Positions 54,699 through 64,000 of a DNA stretch of 64,000 nt are shown in pieces (positions within the stretch are counted from its first letter, which is position 1; every line of letters begins with the position of its first letter). The translations under genes were made by a program, and so were the position numbers. The stretch is taken from the NCBI GenBank assembly GCA_963708025.1, contig CAVPSB010000015.1:224001-288000 (forward strand), in the 5' to 3' direction. The stretch comes from an uncultured Candidatus Rokubacteria bacterium. Its GTDB lineage: Bacteria > Methylomirabilota > Methylomirabilia > Rokubacteriales > DASRDR01. Below the pieces are notes generated by a model. It made no database searches and had not been told where the DNA came from. It worked only from the letters and a program-made list of their open reading frames with translations.

Positions 54699-55604
54699 AT
54701 GGCTGAGGCCACGATCGAGAAGATCGCCACCGAGCCGCGGGCGTCCCAGGTCCCGGCGGCGGCCGCCGTCCGGATCACGTGGTACCGCCGGCTCCTCCGG
54801 AACCGGAACGTGCTGGTGGGCGCGTCGTTCTTCCTGCTGCTGCTGCTGGCGGCGGTGTTCGCCGGACTCCTCTCGACGCACGTCCCGACGCGCCTGTTCC
54901 CGGCCAACCGGCTCAAGCCTCCCAGCGCCCAGAACTACCTCGGCACCGACGAGTTCGGCCGCGACATCTACAGCCTGATCCTCCACGGCGCCCGGACCTC
55001 GCTGCGGATCGGCGGCCTGACGATGGTGTTCACCACCCTCGGCGGCATCGTCATCGGGCTGGTGGCCGGGTACTACCGCCGGCTCGACCTCCTGATCATG
55101 CGGGTCATGGACGGCCTGATGGCGTTCCCCGGGATCCTGCTGGCCATCGCCCTCATGGCGGCCCGGGGGCCCGGCGAGTGGAACGTCATCTTCGCCCTGT
55201 CGGTCGTCTACATGCCGCGGACGGCGATCCTGATCCGCAGCACCGTGCTCTCGATCCGGGAGCTGGACTACGTGCAGGCCGCGCGGGCGCTGGGCCGGCG
55301 CGACCTGGCGGTCGCCTTCCGCCACATCCTGCCGAACTGCGTGGGGCCGATCCTGGTCCAGGGGACCTTCATCTTCGCCTACGCGGTGCTGGCCGAGGCG
55401 ATCCTGGGCTTCCTGGGCGTCGGTGTCCCGCCCTACATCCCCTCCTGGGGCAACGTGATCGCGAGCGGGAAGAACGTGATCCGCGAGGCGTTCTGGGTCA
55501 GCCTGTTCCCGGGGATGGCCCTCACCCTGGCCGGCCTGAGCCTCAACCTGCTCGGCGACGGCCTGCGCGACACCCTCGACCCCCGGCTCCGCGTTCAGGG
55601 CTAA
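54699..55604 (+). CDS. ABC permease, DppC/OppC-like
   Basis: LGTDEFGRDIYS, DYVQAARALG, HILPN, PSWGN, GDGLRDTLDPR. Confidence 0.93.
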   Translation: MAEATIEKIATEPRASQVPAAAAVRITWYRRLLRNRNVLVGASFFLLLLLAAVFAGLLSTHVPTRLFPANRLKPPSAQNYLGTDEFGRDIYSLILHGARTSLRIGGLTMVFTTLGGIVIGLVAGYYRRLDLLIMRVMDGLMAFPGILLAIALMAARGPGEWNVIFALSVVYMPRTAILIRSTVLSIRELDYVQAARALGRRDLAVAFRHILPNCVGPILVQGTFIFAYAVLAEAILGFLGVGVPPYIPSWGNVIASGKNVIREAFWVSLFPGMALTLAGLSLNLLGDGLRDTLDPRLRVQG

Positions 55605-55620
55605 AAGGAGACACACCGCG

Positions 55621-56385
55621 ATGAAGCTCTTCGATCTCACCGGACGGGTGGCCGTCGTCACCGGCGGCAACGGCGGTATCGGCCTCGGCATGGCCCGCGG
55701 CCTCGCCCAGGCGGGCGCGACGGTGGTGCTGGCGGCCCGCAACGCCGGCAAGAGCACCGAGGCGGTGAAGGAGCTGGAGGCCCTGGGCGCGAAGGCGGCC
55801 ATGGTCGTGGTCGACGTCACTCGCGAGGCCTCGTGCCGGGAGATGGTGCAGAAGACGGTGGACCGGTTCGGGCGGCTCGACATCCTGGTCAACAACGCCG
55901 GCACCAACATCCGGAAGCAGCCGCAGGAGTACTCGATGGAGGAGTACCACACCGTCCTGAACACGAACCTGACCAGCGCCTTCATGTGCTGCCAGGCCGC
56001 CTACCCGGCGATGGTGCGGGCCGGGGGCGGCAAGATCGTCAACATCGGCTCGATGATGTCGATCTTCGGGGCCTCGTTCGCCGGCCCCTACGCGGCCAGC
56101 AAGGGCGGCATGGTCCAGCTCACCAAGGCCCTGGCCTCGGCGTGGGCCAAGGACAACATCCAGGTCAACGCGGTCCTCCCCGGCTGGATCGACACCGACC
56201 TCACCCGGAAGGCGCGCGAGCAGGTGGCCGGGCTCCACGAGCGGGTCCTCGCCCGCACCCCCGCCGGCCGCTGGGGGACACCGGACGACCACGCGGGGAT
56301 CGCCGTCTTCCTGGGCAGCCCTGCCTCGGACTTCGTGACCGGAACGGCGATCGCGGTGGACGGAGGCTATTCCGTCCAGGGCTAG
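55621..56385 (+). CDS. short-chain dehydrogenase (KduD / gluconate 5-dehydrogenase-like)
   Basis: TGGNGGIG, NNAG, YAASK, PGWIDT, VDGGY. Confidence 0.92.
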   Translation: MKLFDLTGRVAVVTGGNGGIGLGMARGLAQAGATVVLAARNAGKSTEAVKELEALGAKAAMVVVDVTREASCREMVQKTVDRFGRLDILVNNAGTNIRKQPQEYSMEEYHTVLNTNLTSAFMCCQAAYPAMVRAGGGKIVNIGSMMSIFGASFAGPYAASKGGMVQLTKALASAWAKDNIQVNAVLPGWIDTDLTRKAREQVAGLHERVLARTPAGRWGTPDDHAGIAVFLGSPASDFVTGTAIAVDGGYSVQG

Positions 56386-56504
56386 GATCTTCGGGGAGGC
56401 TCGGCCCCCCCGAGGCCCCCACTCGGAGGGGCACCTGTGCCAGCCAGGGCCACCGCCCGGCCGCCGGGTGATCGCCAGCGCCTGGCGATCGAGCCTCAGG
56501 GGGC

Positions 56505-56571
56505 CCTCCGGCTCCCCCTCCCCCCAGTGGGTGGGGGAGGGGGCTGGGGGGTGGAGGGAGTCCCGACAAAT
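56505..56571 (+). repeat. G/C-tract hairpin repeat (family B), copy 3
   Basis: Similar to 9528 and 23316; lies between convergent genes. Confidence 0.75.
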
Positions 56572-56572
56572 C

Positions 56573-58873
56573 TCAGCCGCGGAGGGCCCGCCAGACCTTC
56601 TCGGGCGTGAGCGGCATGTCGAGGTGGCGCACGCCGAAGGGGGCCAGCGCGTCCACGACGGCGTTGACGATCGCGGGCGGCATCCCGATGCAGCCGGCCT
56701 CGCCGATCCCCTTCGCCCCCAGCGGATTCCGGGGTGACAGCGTGACCGTCTTGCCGAGCACCGGGACGGGGAGGTCGTCGGCCCGGGGCACCGCGTAGTC
56801 CATCAGCGATCCCGTCAGGAGCTGGCCGGCCTCGTCGTAGACCAGCGCCTCGAGGAGGGCCTGGCCGTATCCCTGGGCGAATCCCCCGAGGAGCTGGCCC
56901 TCGGCCAGGAGCGGGTTGACGATGGTGCCGGCGTCGTCCACCCACGCGAGGCACGGGAGCGTGATCCGCCCGGTCTCGCGCTCGACCCGGGCCACCGCCA
57001 CGACGGTCCCGAAGCTCCACACCTCGCCGTCCGCCTGCTGGAAGAAGCACGTCGCCTCGAGGGCCGGCACCTCGCCCGGCGGCAGCGGGTGCCCCAGGTA
57101 AGCCGTCGCCGCCACCTGCTTCCAGCTCACGCGGCGCCCCGGCACCCCGACGACCTCGAAGCCGTCGGCCGCGGGCACGACGTCGGCCGGCGCCGCCTCG
57201 AGGAGCAGCGCGGCGATCCGCCGCCCCTTCTCGCGCACCTCGCCGGCCGCGCGCGCCAGGGCGCTGCCCCCGAGGGCGACGCTGCGGCTGCCGAACGTCC
57301 CGACGCCGGGGGGGCCGGTGCGCGTGTCGCCGTGGAGCACCGCGATCTCCTCGAAGCGGACACCCAGGAAGTCCGCCACGATCTGGGCGAAGGTCGTCTC
57401 GTGGCCCTGGCCGTGCGGGCTGGAGCCGGTCACCACGGTCACCGCGCCGGTGCGCTCGACGCGCACGAGCCCGCTCTCCCAGCCGAGCGCGGCCGGCTCC
57501 ACGTAGCTCGCGAGCCCCACGCCGACGATCTCGCCGCGGGCCCGGGCCTCGGCCTGCCGCCGGCGCCACTCGCGGTACCCGGCGAGATCCAGGGCACGGT
57601 CCATCGCCCGCGCGTACTCGCCCGAGTCGTAGACCTGACCGGTCGCTGTCCGGAAGGGGAAGGCCTCGGGGGGGACGAAGTTCCGCCGCCGCAGCTCGGC
57701 CGGGTCCAGCCCGACCGCGCGCGCCGCCTCGTCCACCAGCCGCTCGATCAGGAACGCCGCCTCGGGGCGACCGGCGCCGCGGTAGGCCCCGGTGGGCGGC
57801 GTCGTGGTCACGACCCCCGTCGTCTCGATGTGGCAGGCCGGGACCGCGTAGGCCCCGGGGAGACAGCGCGCGTGATTCAGCGGCGGGATGGGCGCGCTGG
57901 AGACCAGCGAGCTGCCCAGCGGGTAGATGATCCGCGCGCGCAGCCCGGTGATCCGGCCGTCGCGGCCGAGGGCCAGCTCCCCGTCGGCGATGCCGCCGCG
58001 ACCCTGCTGGGTGGTGAGGAGATCCTCGCTCCGGGTGGCGATCCACTTGACCGGGCGGCGGAGGGTGAGGGCCAGGTGGGCGGCCACGACGTCTTCGCGG
58101 TACGGGGCCGTCTTGAGCCCGAAGCCGCCGCCCACGTCCGGCGCGATCACGCGGATCCGGGACTCCGAGAGCCCGAGCGCCGTCGCGAGGCCGGCCCGCA
58201 CGGCGAACGGGGCCTGGGTCGAGGTCCAGACGGTCAGCTCCTCCGTGAGCGGATCGATGGTCGCCAGGGTGCCCCGCGGCTCCAGCGCGAAGCCGGCCAG
58301 CCGGGCCTGGCCGACCCGCAGCCGCACCGTGTGCTCGGCCCGGGCGAAGGCCTCGTCCGGCTCGCCGTGACGCCAGACCTGGCCGCACACCCGGTTCGTG
58401 CCCAGCTCCGGGAACAGGAGATCGGCGTCCGCCGCCAGGGCGGCCTCGGCATCGACCAGGGGCGGGAGGGGCGCGTACTCGACCTCGATCAGCCCGAGTG
58501 CGTCGTCGGCCTGGTACCGGCTCGCCGCGGCGACGGCGGCCACCGGGACCCCGGCGGCCCGCACCACGCCGTCGGCCAGGATCGGATGCGGCGGCACCTT
58601 CATCTCGGCGAACGGGCGGAGGACCGGCATCGGACCGAGGTGCCGCACGTCGGTGCCGGTCAGCACGGCTACGACGCCCGGCGCCGACAGCGCGGAGCTC
58701 ACGTCGAGACGCTCGATCCGGGCGTGAGCGTGGGGCGAGCGCAGGAAGGCGAGGTGCGCGAGCCCCGGGACCTGGAGGTCGTCGACGAAGCGGGCGACGC
58801 CGGTCAGGAGCCGTCGGTCCTCGACACGCGTGCGCGCGCGCCCGATGTCGTGGTTGCCGGCGGGTTCACCCAC
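56573..58873 (-). CDS. xanthine dehydrogenase-family molybdopterin-binding subunit (form II CoxL-like)
   Basis: [56 protein letters not shown]. Confidence 0.92.
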   Translation of the reverse strand: MGEPAGNHDIGRARTRVEDRRLLTGVARFVDDLQVPGLAHLAFLRSPHAHARIERLDVSSALSAPGVVAVLTGTDVRHLGPMPVLRPFAEMKVPPHPILADGVVRAAGVPVAAVAAASRYQADDALGLIEVEYAPLPPLVDAEAALAADADLLFPELGTNRVCGQVWRHGEPDEAFARAEHTVRLRVGQARLAGFALEPRGTLATIDPLTEELTVWTSTQAPFAVRAGLATALGLSESRIRVIAPDVGGGFGLKTAPYREDVVAAHLALTLRRPVKWIATRSEDLLTTQQGRGGIADGELALGRDGRITGLRARIIYPLGSSLVSSAPIPPLNHARCLPGAYAVPACHIETTGVVTTTPPTGAYRGAGRPEAAFLIERLVDEAARAVGLDPAELRRRNFVPPEAFPFRTATGQVYDSGEYARAMDRALDLAGYREWRRRQAEARARGEIVGVGLASYVEPAALGWESGLVRVERTGAVTVVTGSSPHGQGHETTFAQIVADFLGVRFEEIAVLHGDTRTGPPGVGTFGSRSVALGGSALARAAGEVREKGRRIAALLLEAAPADVVPAADGFEVVGVPGRRVSWKQVAATAYLGHPLPPGEVPALEATCFFQQADGEVWSFGTVVAVARVERETGRITLPCLAWVDDAGTIVNPLLAEGQLLGGFAQGYGQALLEALVYDEAGQLLTGSLMDYAVPRADDLPVPVLGKTVTLSPRNPLGAKGIGEAGCIGMPPAIVNAVVDALAPFGVRHLDMPLTPEKVWRALRG

Positions 58874-58959
58874 GGCTGCCTATCCTACCATCAGCGGGTT
58901 GGCGGCCGATCGGGCCGGAGCATCTGGCCGGTCGGTGGGGACGCTGCTATCATGCCGCC

Positions 58960-59442
58960 ATGACTCCGGCCGCCCGAAGCCGAGGCCGACTCGCCACGCC
59001 ATGCCTGCTCCTGCTGCTGGTGGCCGTCCCGGCGGCGGCCCAGACCGCGGACGTGGAGCGGCGGGAGGCGGCGATGCAGCAGGTCGTGCTGGATCAGCTC
59101 GCCGCGTTCCGGCGGGGCGACTGGACCACCGCCTACAGCTACGCCTCCCAGACGATCCAGGCGCAGTTCTCGCCGGAGGCCTTCCGCGAGATGGTGACCC
59201 GCGGCTACGCGCCGATCGCCCACTCGCTCGGCGCCACCGTGCTGCGCACGGTCGCCGACGATCCCCAGCACGGCTACGTTCAGGTCCGGGTCCACGGCCG
59301 GGACGGGGAGACCATCGAGGCCCTTTACGAGCTGGTTGACGAGCAGGGGGCCTGGAAGATCAACGGGGTGGTCACAAAGCCCGCCGAGAAGGGCGAGTTG
59401 ACATTCCGGCCCCACCTCTCTTCTCCGGGCTTCCCGGGCTGA
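58960..59442 (+). CDS. exported DUF4864-like protein
   Basis: Signal peptide; QLAAFRRGD..AYSYAS..IQAQF..EAFREMVTRGY...WKINGV. Confidence 0.75.
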   Translation: MTPAARSRGRLATPCLLLLLVAVPAAAQTADVERREAAMQQVVLDQLAAFRRGDWTTAYSYASQTIQAQFSPEAFREMVTRGYAPIAHSLGATVLRTVADDPQHGYVQVRVHGRDGETIEALYELVDEQGAWKINGVVTKPAEKGELTFRPHLSSPGFPG

Positions 59443-59443
59443 C

Positions 59444-59758
59444 TCACTCGGTTCCGATGAGGAACCGGTATCGCCGGGCACCGTGGATTACCCGGCGGAT
59501 CTCAACGGTCCGGCCTATCACGACGTAGAAGACCAGGTAATCACCAACAACAAGCAGCCGATACCCTCCACGCCGAAGCCGTGGATCGTCGGGTGTCCGA
59601 CCCGATTTCGGAAAGTGGGCTAGCCGCCCGATCGTCCGCTCGACGCGGGCCACGAGCGCCCGGGCCGCGCGAGGGTTGTCCCGCGCGATGTAGTCGAGGA
59701 TGTCGAGGAGATCCTGCTCGGCGGCGGGAAGATACCGGACGCGATGCGGCCGGCTCAC
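59444..59758 (-). CDS. type II toxin, RelE/ParE family
   Basis: AEQDLLDILDYIARDNPRAA...LAHFPKSGR...YLVFY...VEIRRVIHGAR. Confidence 0.9.
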   Translation of the reverse strand: MSRPHRVRYLPAAEQDLLDILDYIARDNPRAARALVARVERTIGRLAHFPKSGRTPDDPRLRRGGYRLLVVGDYLVFYVVIGRTVEIRRVIHGARRYRFLIGTE

Positions 59759-60018
59759 GCGAGGCGGGCCCGAAGCCTCCGCACCATTTCGCGGTGCCCG
59801 ATAGTCCTAGCGCCCTTCGCGGCCTGGGCTTCCGCCTCTTCGAGCTTCCTGTACAGCTCGAGCTGCGCCTGCAAGCGATCGTAGTGGGCCTGACTCATCA
59901 CCACGAGGTCGCTCTGGCCGTTCCGGGTGATGAACACGGGCCGGTCCTCCTGGTGGCACAACCGGGAAATCTCGTTGGCCCGATTCCTGAGATCCGAGAT
60001 CGCCTTGATCACTGGCAT
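59755..60018 (-). CDS. Phd/YefM antitoxin
   Basis: IKAISDLRN...PVFITRNGQSDLVVMS; AGGAGG RBS; overlaps the toxin start. Confidence 0.9.
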   Translation of the reverse strand: MPVIKAISDLRNRANEISRLCHQEDRPVFITRNGQSDLVVMSQAHYDRLQAQLELYRKLEEAEAQAAKGARTIGHREMVRRLRARLA

Positions 60019-60047
60019 GGGTCCTCCTGATCGGTTGCCATCAGTAT

Positions 60048-60063
60048 TATCAGAATTCTGATA
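60048..60063. promoter_or_regulatory. palindromic operator of the phd-parE operon
   Basis: Perfect 16-bp palindrome TATCAGAATTCTGATA overlapping a minus-strand GATAAT -10-like box. Confidence 0.65.
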
Positions 60064-60251
60064 TCCAGGCAAGCTCCGTGCCCCGCCATTCGGCGTCCGA
60101 TGCTAGCGGGACCGCGCCCCGACTCGAAGCTCGTCGGGGTACGTCGTGTCAGGTGGAGTGCGGCGTGAGCCACGAAGAACGTCCCAGCAGCGGTTTCGCC
60201 GCCGCCACGACGTGGGGGCGATCGGGGGGGTCTTCCAAGACCCCCGAAGAC

Positions 60252-60761
60252 CTAGAACAGGCAGACGATGCCGTCCAGCTCGGCCTCCGAGTTGACCAGA
60301 TCGACGCGCTTGGCGGCGATCCGGAGCCCGTCCGCCGTGCGGCGGAGGCGATGCTCCACGAGCGCGCCCCAGACGCGCTGGCGCTCCTTGCGGTACTCGA
60401 CCAGGACCAGCGTGGAGGCGACGCGCGCCTCCCGGCCGTCGTCGGCGAGGACCTGCACGTTGCCGACCTGGTGGACGGTGCGGGGAGCCGGGACGCGCGC
60501 GTGGGCCCGCGGATGCGCGAACTGGCGGACGCGGACCTCGAGCAGCCGGCGGTCGTCGTAGACGATCGAGGAGGTCTCGAGCGGATCCTGCTGGTTCGCC
60601 TCCAGGGGCACCCAGTAGGTCGCGTCGTCGGTGAAGAGGGCGAGCCACTCCGCGAGCCGGCCGTGGTCGAGGAGCCAGGCCTCGTGGTAGAGGAAGCGCT
60701 CGATCTCGGGGGCGGCGGTCGCGCGGGACGGCGCCGGGCGCTTCGGCCTGGTGGCGGGCAT
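60252..60761 (-). CDS. aromatic ring-hydroxylating dioxygenase beta subunit
   Basis: IERFLYHEAWLLD...WLALFTDDATYWVP...RTVHQVGNV...KRVDLVN. Confidence 0.9.
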   Translation of the reverse strand: MPATRPKRPAPSRATAAPEIERFLYHEAWLLDHGRLAEWLALFTDDATYWVPLEANQQDPLETSSIVYDDRRLLEVRVRQFAHPRAHARVPAPRTVHQVGNVQVLADDGREARVASTLVLVEYRKERQRVWGALVEHRLRRTADGLRIAAKRVDLVNSEAELDGIVCLF

Positions 60762-60767
60762 GGCCGG

Positions 60768-62078
60768 CTACGCCGTCATGTACTCGAGCCAGGCGGCGAG
60801 CTGGTTCCGGATGAACACCTCACTGGTCCCCGATCGCCCGCGGAGCGTGCCGTCCCGGTCGGGGAGGTCGGCGCCGGCGCCCCGGCCCAGGAAGACCCAC
60901 TCCGAGCGCTGGGTGGCCAGTCCCCGCTGGGTCCGTTCGTACACCTCCAGGTCGTCGGTCAGGACGGGTGAGGCGGTGCCGTTGACGACGTTGGCGAACG
61001 CCACCGTGTCCCGGAACATCTGCTCGGGGGCGCCCTTCAGCCGGAACGAGTAGGCGTGGACGACCGTCCGGTCCACCGCGACCGGGTGGACGATCCGGAG
61101 CTGGCGGAACTGGCTCATGAAGGAGCAGTTGGGGTAGATGATGCTGTTCCAGCGCAGGTCGCCCAGCACGCGGGCGGCGGCGTCCGCTCCCAGCCGGCGC
61201 TCGAGGGCCACCCGGTAGTCGGCGAACGCCGGGTGGTGGAGCGCCGGCACCAGGCGGCTGTCGTCGTGGTAGTCGCCCATCCACGAGTGACCGTAGCGGG
61301 CGGCCCACAGGCCGGTCTGCTCCCAGACCTCGGGGGGCGCCCCGTTCTGCAGCATCTGCCGGATCGCGATCTCGGCGTAACCCCCGTCGTCCCCGCCCGG
61401 CTGCTGGCGGGCGGCCCAGATCGAGGAGGCGTGGACGGAGGCCGGGTGCACGGCGTCGTTGTGATTTTCCAACACGAGCTTCCAGTTGCCGGCGTAGGCG
61501 TGCTTGAAGACGCCGCCGGCGACCTCGACCTCGCCCGCGGGGGCGCGCTCCACGAAGTCGTCGAGCGAGGCGCGGAGCGGCCCCAGGAACTCGCCGAGCG
61601 GGGGGCCGTCGGTCGCCAGCGACGCGAAGACGAAGCCCCGATAGGTGTCCACCCGGGGGGCCCGGGCCAGGCCGAGCTCGGGCGTCCCGGCCGGCGGGCG
61701 CTCGTAGCCGTCCGCCATCGGCACGCCGAGGAGGCTCCCGTCGGTGTCGTAGGTCCAGCCGTGGTAGGGGCAGACGAGCTGCGGGCTCTGGCCGCGGTCC
61801 GCCTCGCAGACCCGCGCCCCGCGGTGGGCGCAGCGGTTCAGGAGGACGCGGAGGGCGCCGTCGCCGTGGCGGACGACGACGACCGGCTCGCGCGCGAGCC
61901 GGGTGGTGAAGTAGTCGCCCGGGGCGGGGGCCTGGCTCTCGTGGCCGAGGACGAGCCAGGCCCGCCCGAAGAGCCGCTCCAGCTCGAGCTCGAAGAGCGC
62001 GGGGTCGGTGTAGACCGACCGGTGGACACGGTCGGACTGCACCAGGCCCTTGAGGTGCTGGACGTCGAGTGTCGGCAT
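60768..62078 (-). CDS. Rieske ring-hydroxylating oxygenase alpha subunit
   Basis: NRCAHRG...CPYHGW Rieske motif; [18 protein letters not shown] and DDLE iron ligands. Confidence 0.93.
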   Translation of the reverse strand: MPTLDVQHLKGLVQSDRVHRSVYTDPALFELELERLFGRAWLVLGHESQAPAPGDYFTTRLAREPVVVVRHGDGALRVLLNRCAHRGARVCEADRGQSPQLVCPYHGWTYDTDGSLLGVPMADGYERPPAGTPELGLARAPRVDTYRGFVFASLATDGPPLGEFLGPLRASLDDFVERAPAGEVEVAGGVFKHAYAGNWKLVLENHNDAVHPASVHASSIWAARQQPGGDDGGYAEIAIRQMLQNGAPPEVWEQTGLWAARYGHSWMGDYHDDSRLVPALHHPAFADYRVALERRLGADAAARVLGDLRWNSIIYPNCSFMSQFRQLRIVHPVAVDRTVVHAYSFRLKGAPEQMFRDTVAFANVVNGTASPVLTDDLEVYERTQRGLATQRSEWVFLGRGAGADLPDRDGTLRGRSGTSEVFIRNQLAAWLEYMTA

Positions 62079-62313
62079 GCCGTGTCCGGGCCGCCCCGGC
62101 GCCTCCGAGCATAAGATGCCGTCCCGACCAGGCGCAAGCCTGCCGACCCGCCTCTCGACCCGCGAGTGCCGCCCGGACCGGGGGCCCCAGGATCACGGAT
62201 CGAAAGGACCGGAGGTCAGGCGTGCAGGCAAGTGACCGTGACCTTAGCCGGAGGCCGGTCCCGTGAGCGGCCGCGTCGGCGGAGCAGTCAGTCGTCGCCG
62301 TCGTCTTCGTCCC

Positions 62314-62373
62314 GCAGGACCTCCGGTTCAGCGGCGGCGCGCTGGCGCCGGCTGCTCCAACCGGTTGCTGGGC
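62314..62373 (+). mobile_element. degenerate attC-like hairpin upstream of the TA pair
   Basis: CCGGTT-c-AGCGGC-GGCGC/GCGCC-g-GCTGCT-cc-AACCGG stem followed by GCTGGGC (R'-like). Confidence 0.45.
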
Positions 62374-62404
62374 CGCCTCGAGATAAATGGGTATACTACG
62401 TTCG

Positions 62405-62623
62405 ATGACTCGAGCGCTGGACGCTGCCCTCGCGAAACTTGCGACGCTATCTGCCGACGAGCAGGACCGAATCGCCCAGTGGCTGCTGGACGAGCTTCGC
62501 GACGAGGAGCACTGGACGCGGCAGTTCTCAGCCTCACAGGGGACTCTGAGCAAGCTCGCCGCCGAGGCCCGAGCTGACCGCGCAGCCGGCAGAGCGACGG
62601 AACTCGACCCCGATAAGCTGTGA
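62405..62623 (+). CDS. putative antitoxin
   Basis: 72 aa MTRALDAALAKL...EQDRIAQWLLDEL.DEEHWTRQF; GTGA overlap with the toxin. Confidence 0.75.
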   Translation: MTRALDAALAKLATLSADEQDRIAQWLLDELRDEEHWTRQFSASQGTLSKLAAEARADRAAGRATELDPDKL

Positions 62624-62889
62624 AAGCGCGCGCGACGCCGCGTTTCTGGGCGGCGTACCGCGAGCTGCCACCTGAGATCCGAGACGTCGCCCGCAAGGCG
62701 TACGGGCTATTCCGCGAGAATCCGAGGCACCCGAGCCTCCACTTCAAGAAGGTTCACGATCGGGAGCCCATCTACTCAGTCCGCGTGACCCTCGGATATC
62801 GTGCCCTCGGGCTCTTGGAGGATTACGACATCACCTGGTTTTGGATCGGGTCGCACGCTGAATACGATCGCCTTCTTGACAAGCTGTAG
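62620..62889 (+). CDS. type II toxin, RelE/ParE-like
   Basis: ATPRFWAAYRELP...NPRHPSLHFKKV...YSVRVTLGYRALG...WFWIGSHAEYDRL. Confidence 0.85.
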   Translation: MKARATPRFWAAYRELPPEIRDVARKAYGLFRENPRHPSLHFKKVHDREPIYSVRVTLGYRALGLLEDYDITWFWIGSHAEYDRLLDKL

Positions 62890-63164
62890 CCCGGTCGTTG
62901 TCGGCAAGCCTCCCTGAGCGCCGTGGTTCGGCTCGCGTGCCGGTCTCCCCAGATGTTCGGCAGCACTCCGGAGGCAGCCAGCGGAGCACGGGCTGCGCAT
63001 CGGGCCGGGCCGTCATGAGCTCGCCCGGGGTGGGAGCCGTGAATTCCCCGCACCGAAGCCACCGAGGGCTCTCCCTCGCGGCAGGGGAGTGAGCTCGGCC
63101 GGCGACCGGCCGGCTCGACAGAAGCTCGGGCGGCGGCTCGATTGTCCGAGCGAAGGGCCTGATC

Positions 63165-63640
63165 GGGGCGGCCGGGGTGTCGTAGCGAGATAGCCGACGA
63201 GCTTGCCGCACGTGGGTCCAGTTCTTCTGTTCGATGTGGGCGTTGTCGTCCTTCTTGTAGGGGCGGCCGCGGGTGAACTGGATCGCGTGGGCCTGGCAGT
63301 AGCGGACGAGATGGTCGTTGATGAACTCGCGAGCCGTTGTCGGAGTCGATGCCCAGCAGGCGGAAGGGCAGCGCCTGCCGGATCTCGTCCAGGGCCGTCA
63401 GGACGCGGGCCTGGCCGCTTGCCCAGCACGGCGCGAGTCTCGGTCCACGTGGTGTGGATGTCGGTGACGTTGAGCGAGTGGGCGAACTCGCCGTCGGCGC
63501 GGTCGTCCGGAGTGGGCGACGAGGTCGATCTCGGTGAAGCCCGGCGCGGTCGACATCCCAGTGGTCCGTCTTCAGCGGGATGTGGTGCTTCAGCAGCGTC
63601 CCGGGCTTGGTGCGCCCGTAGCGCCGGGTCTTGAGCGTCG
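63165..63640 (-). pseudogene. internal fragment of an rve/DDE integrase-type transposase
   Basis: Joined frames: TKPGTLLKHHIP...GFTEIDLV...LNVTDIHTTWTE...GIDSDNGSEFIN...FTRGRPYKKDDNAHIEQKNWTHVRKLVGY; both ends missing. Confidence 0.8.
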
Positions 63641-63750
63641 CGCTTGGCGGCGCAGGCGGCGATCGATCTGCGCCCCCTTGCTGGTGGGGCGGCGCGTCGT
63701 CTATTCTGCCCCTGCGCCACGCCACCGCCCGGCCCCGAAAGGAGACGCCC

Positions 63751-64000
63751 GTGAGAACCAGGCCGCTGCCGCTCGCCGGAGTCCTCGTGCTGGTCGTCCT
63801 CGCGTCCGTCGCCCTCGGCGTCGTCCCCGGTCGGGCCGCCGATCCGCCTCTGATCCGCTTCGGCCACGGCTTCGCCGCCGAGGAGCAGGTCTGGCTGATG
63901 GGGGCGCGCCCGGACCTGACGCCGAACCAGGGCGCGAAGTACCGCCTGAAGTTCACGCTGTTCCAGGGGAACCCGGAGCGCTTCCAGGCCTACCTGGCCA
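63751..64000 (+). CDS. probable ABC substrate-binding protein (NitT/TauT-like), N-terminus only
   Basis: AAAGGAG RBS, GTG start, signal peptide, ADPPLIRFGHGFAAEEQVWLM; open to the window end. Confidence 0.6.
   Translation, partial: MRTRPLPLAGVLVLVVLASVALGVVPGRAADPPLIRFGHGFAAEEQVWLMGARPDLTPNQGAKYRLKFTLFQGNPERFQAYLA

Noticed and set aside
56573-58873. Calling this gene coxL (aerobic CO oxidation)
   Set aside because: Has AYRGAGR rather than AYXCSFR and lacks neighbouring cox genes

Overview
Very GC-rich bacterial chromosome segment. The gene content and style suggest Ca. Rokubacteria/Methylomirabilota, which is an inference only. Many otherwise intact genes carry 1-bp frameshifts that look like long-read assembly errors. 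Contents in order: coxB 5' end; a sigma-54 two-component cluster with an enhancer and a -24/-12 promoter; HOT/Fe-ADH, ettA and a cyclase-family hydrolase; a decayed mobile patch (DUF222-HNH, IS91 remnant, attC-like sites); LigD polymerase plus a conserved unknown; enolase-superfamily, MFS and LLM genes; a pdhABC-lpdA operon; an amidase; a stand-alone GHKL ATPase; then the most striking locus, two tandem lipoprotein Ig-caspase (C14) paralogues with variable N-terminal loops, a CHASE2 class III cyclase with non-canonical base-selecting residues, an exported DUF928/TPR-like protein and an outer-membrane beta-barrel. After that come four type II TA modules (two with attC-like hairpins, two flanked by duplicated gene ends), a CocE/NonD hydrolase with five tandem family-5 ABC binding proteins and two permeases, an SDR, a CoxL-like molybdoenzyme, a Rieske oxygenase pair and a transposase relic. 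At least four intergenic repeat families and frequent apparent leaderless promoters were also seen.
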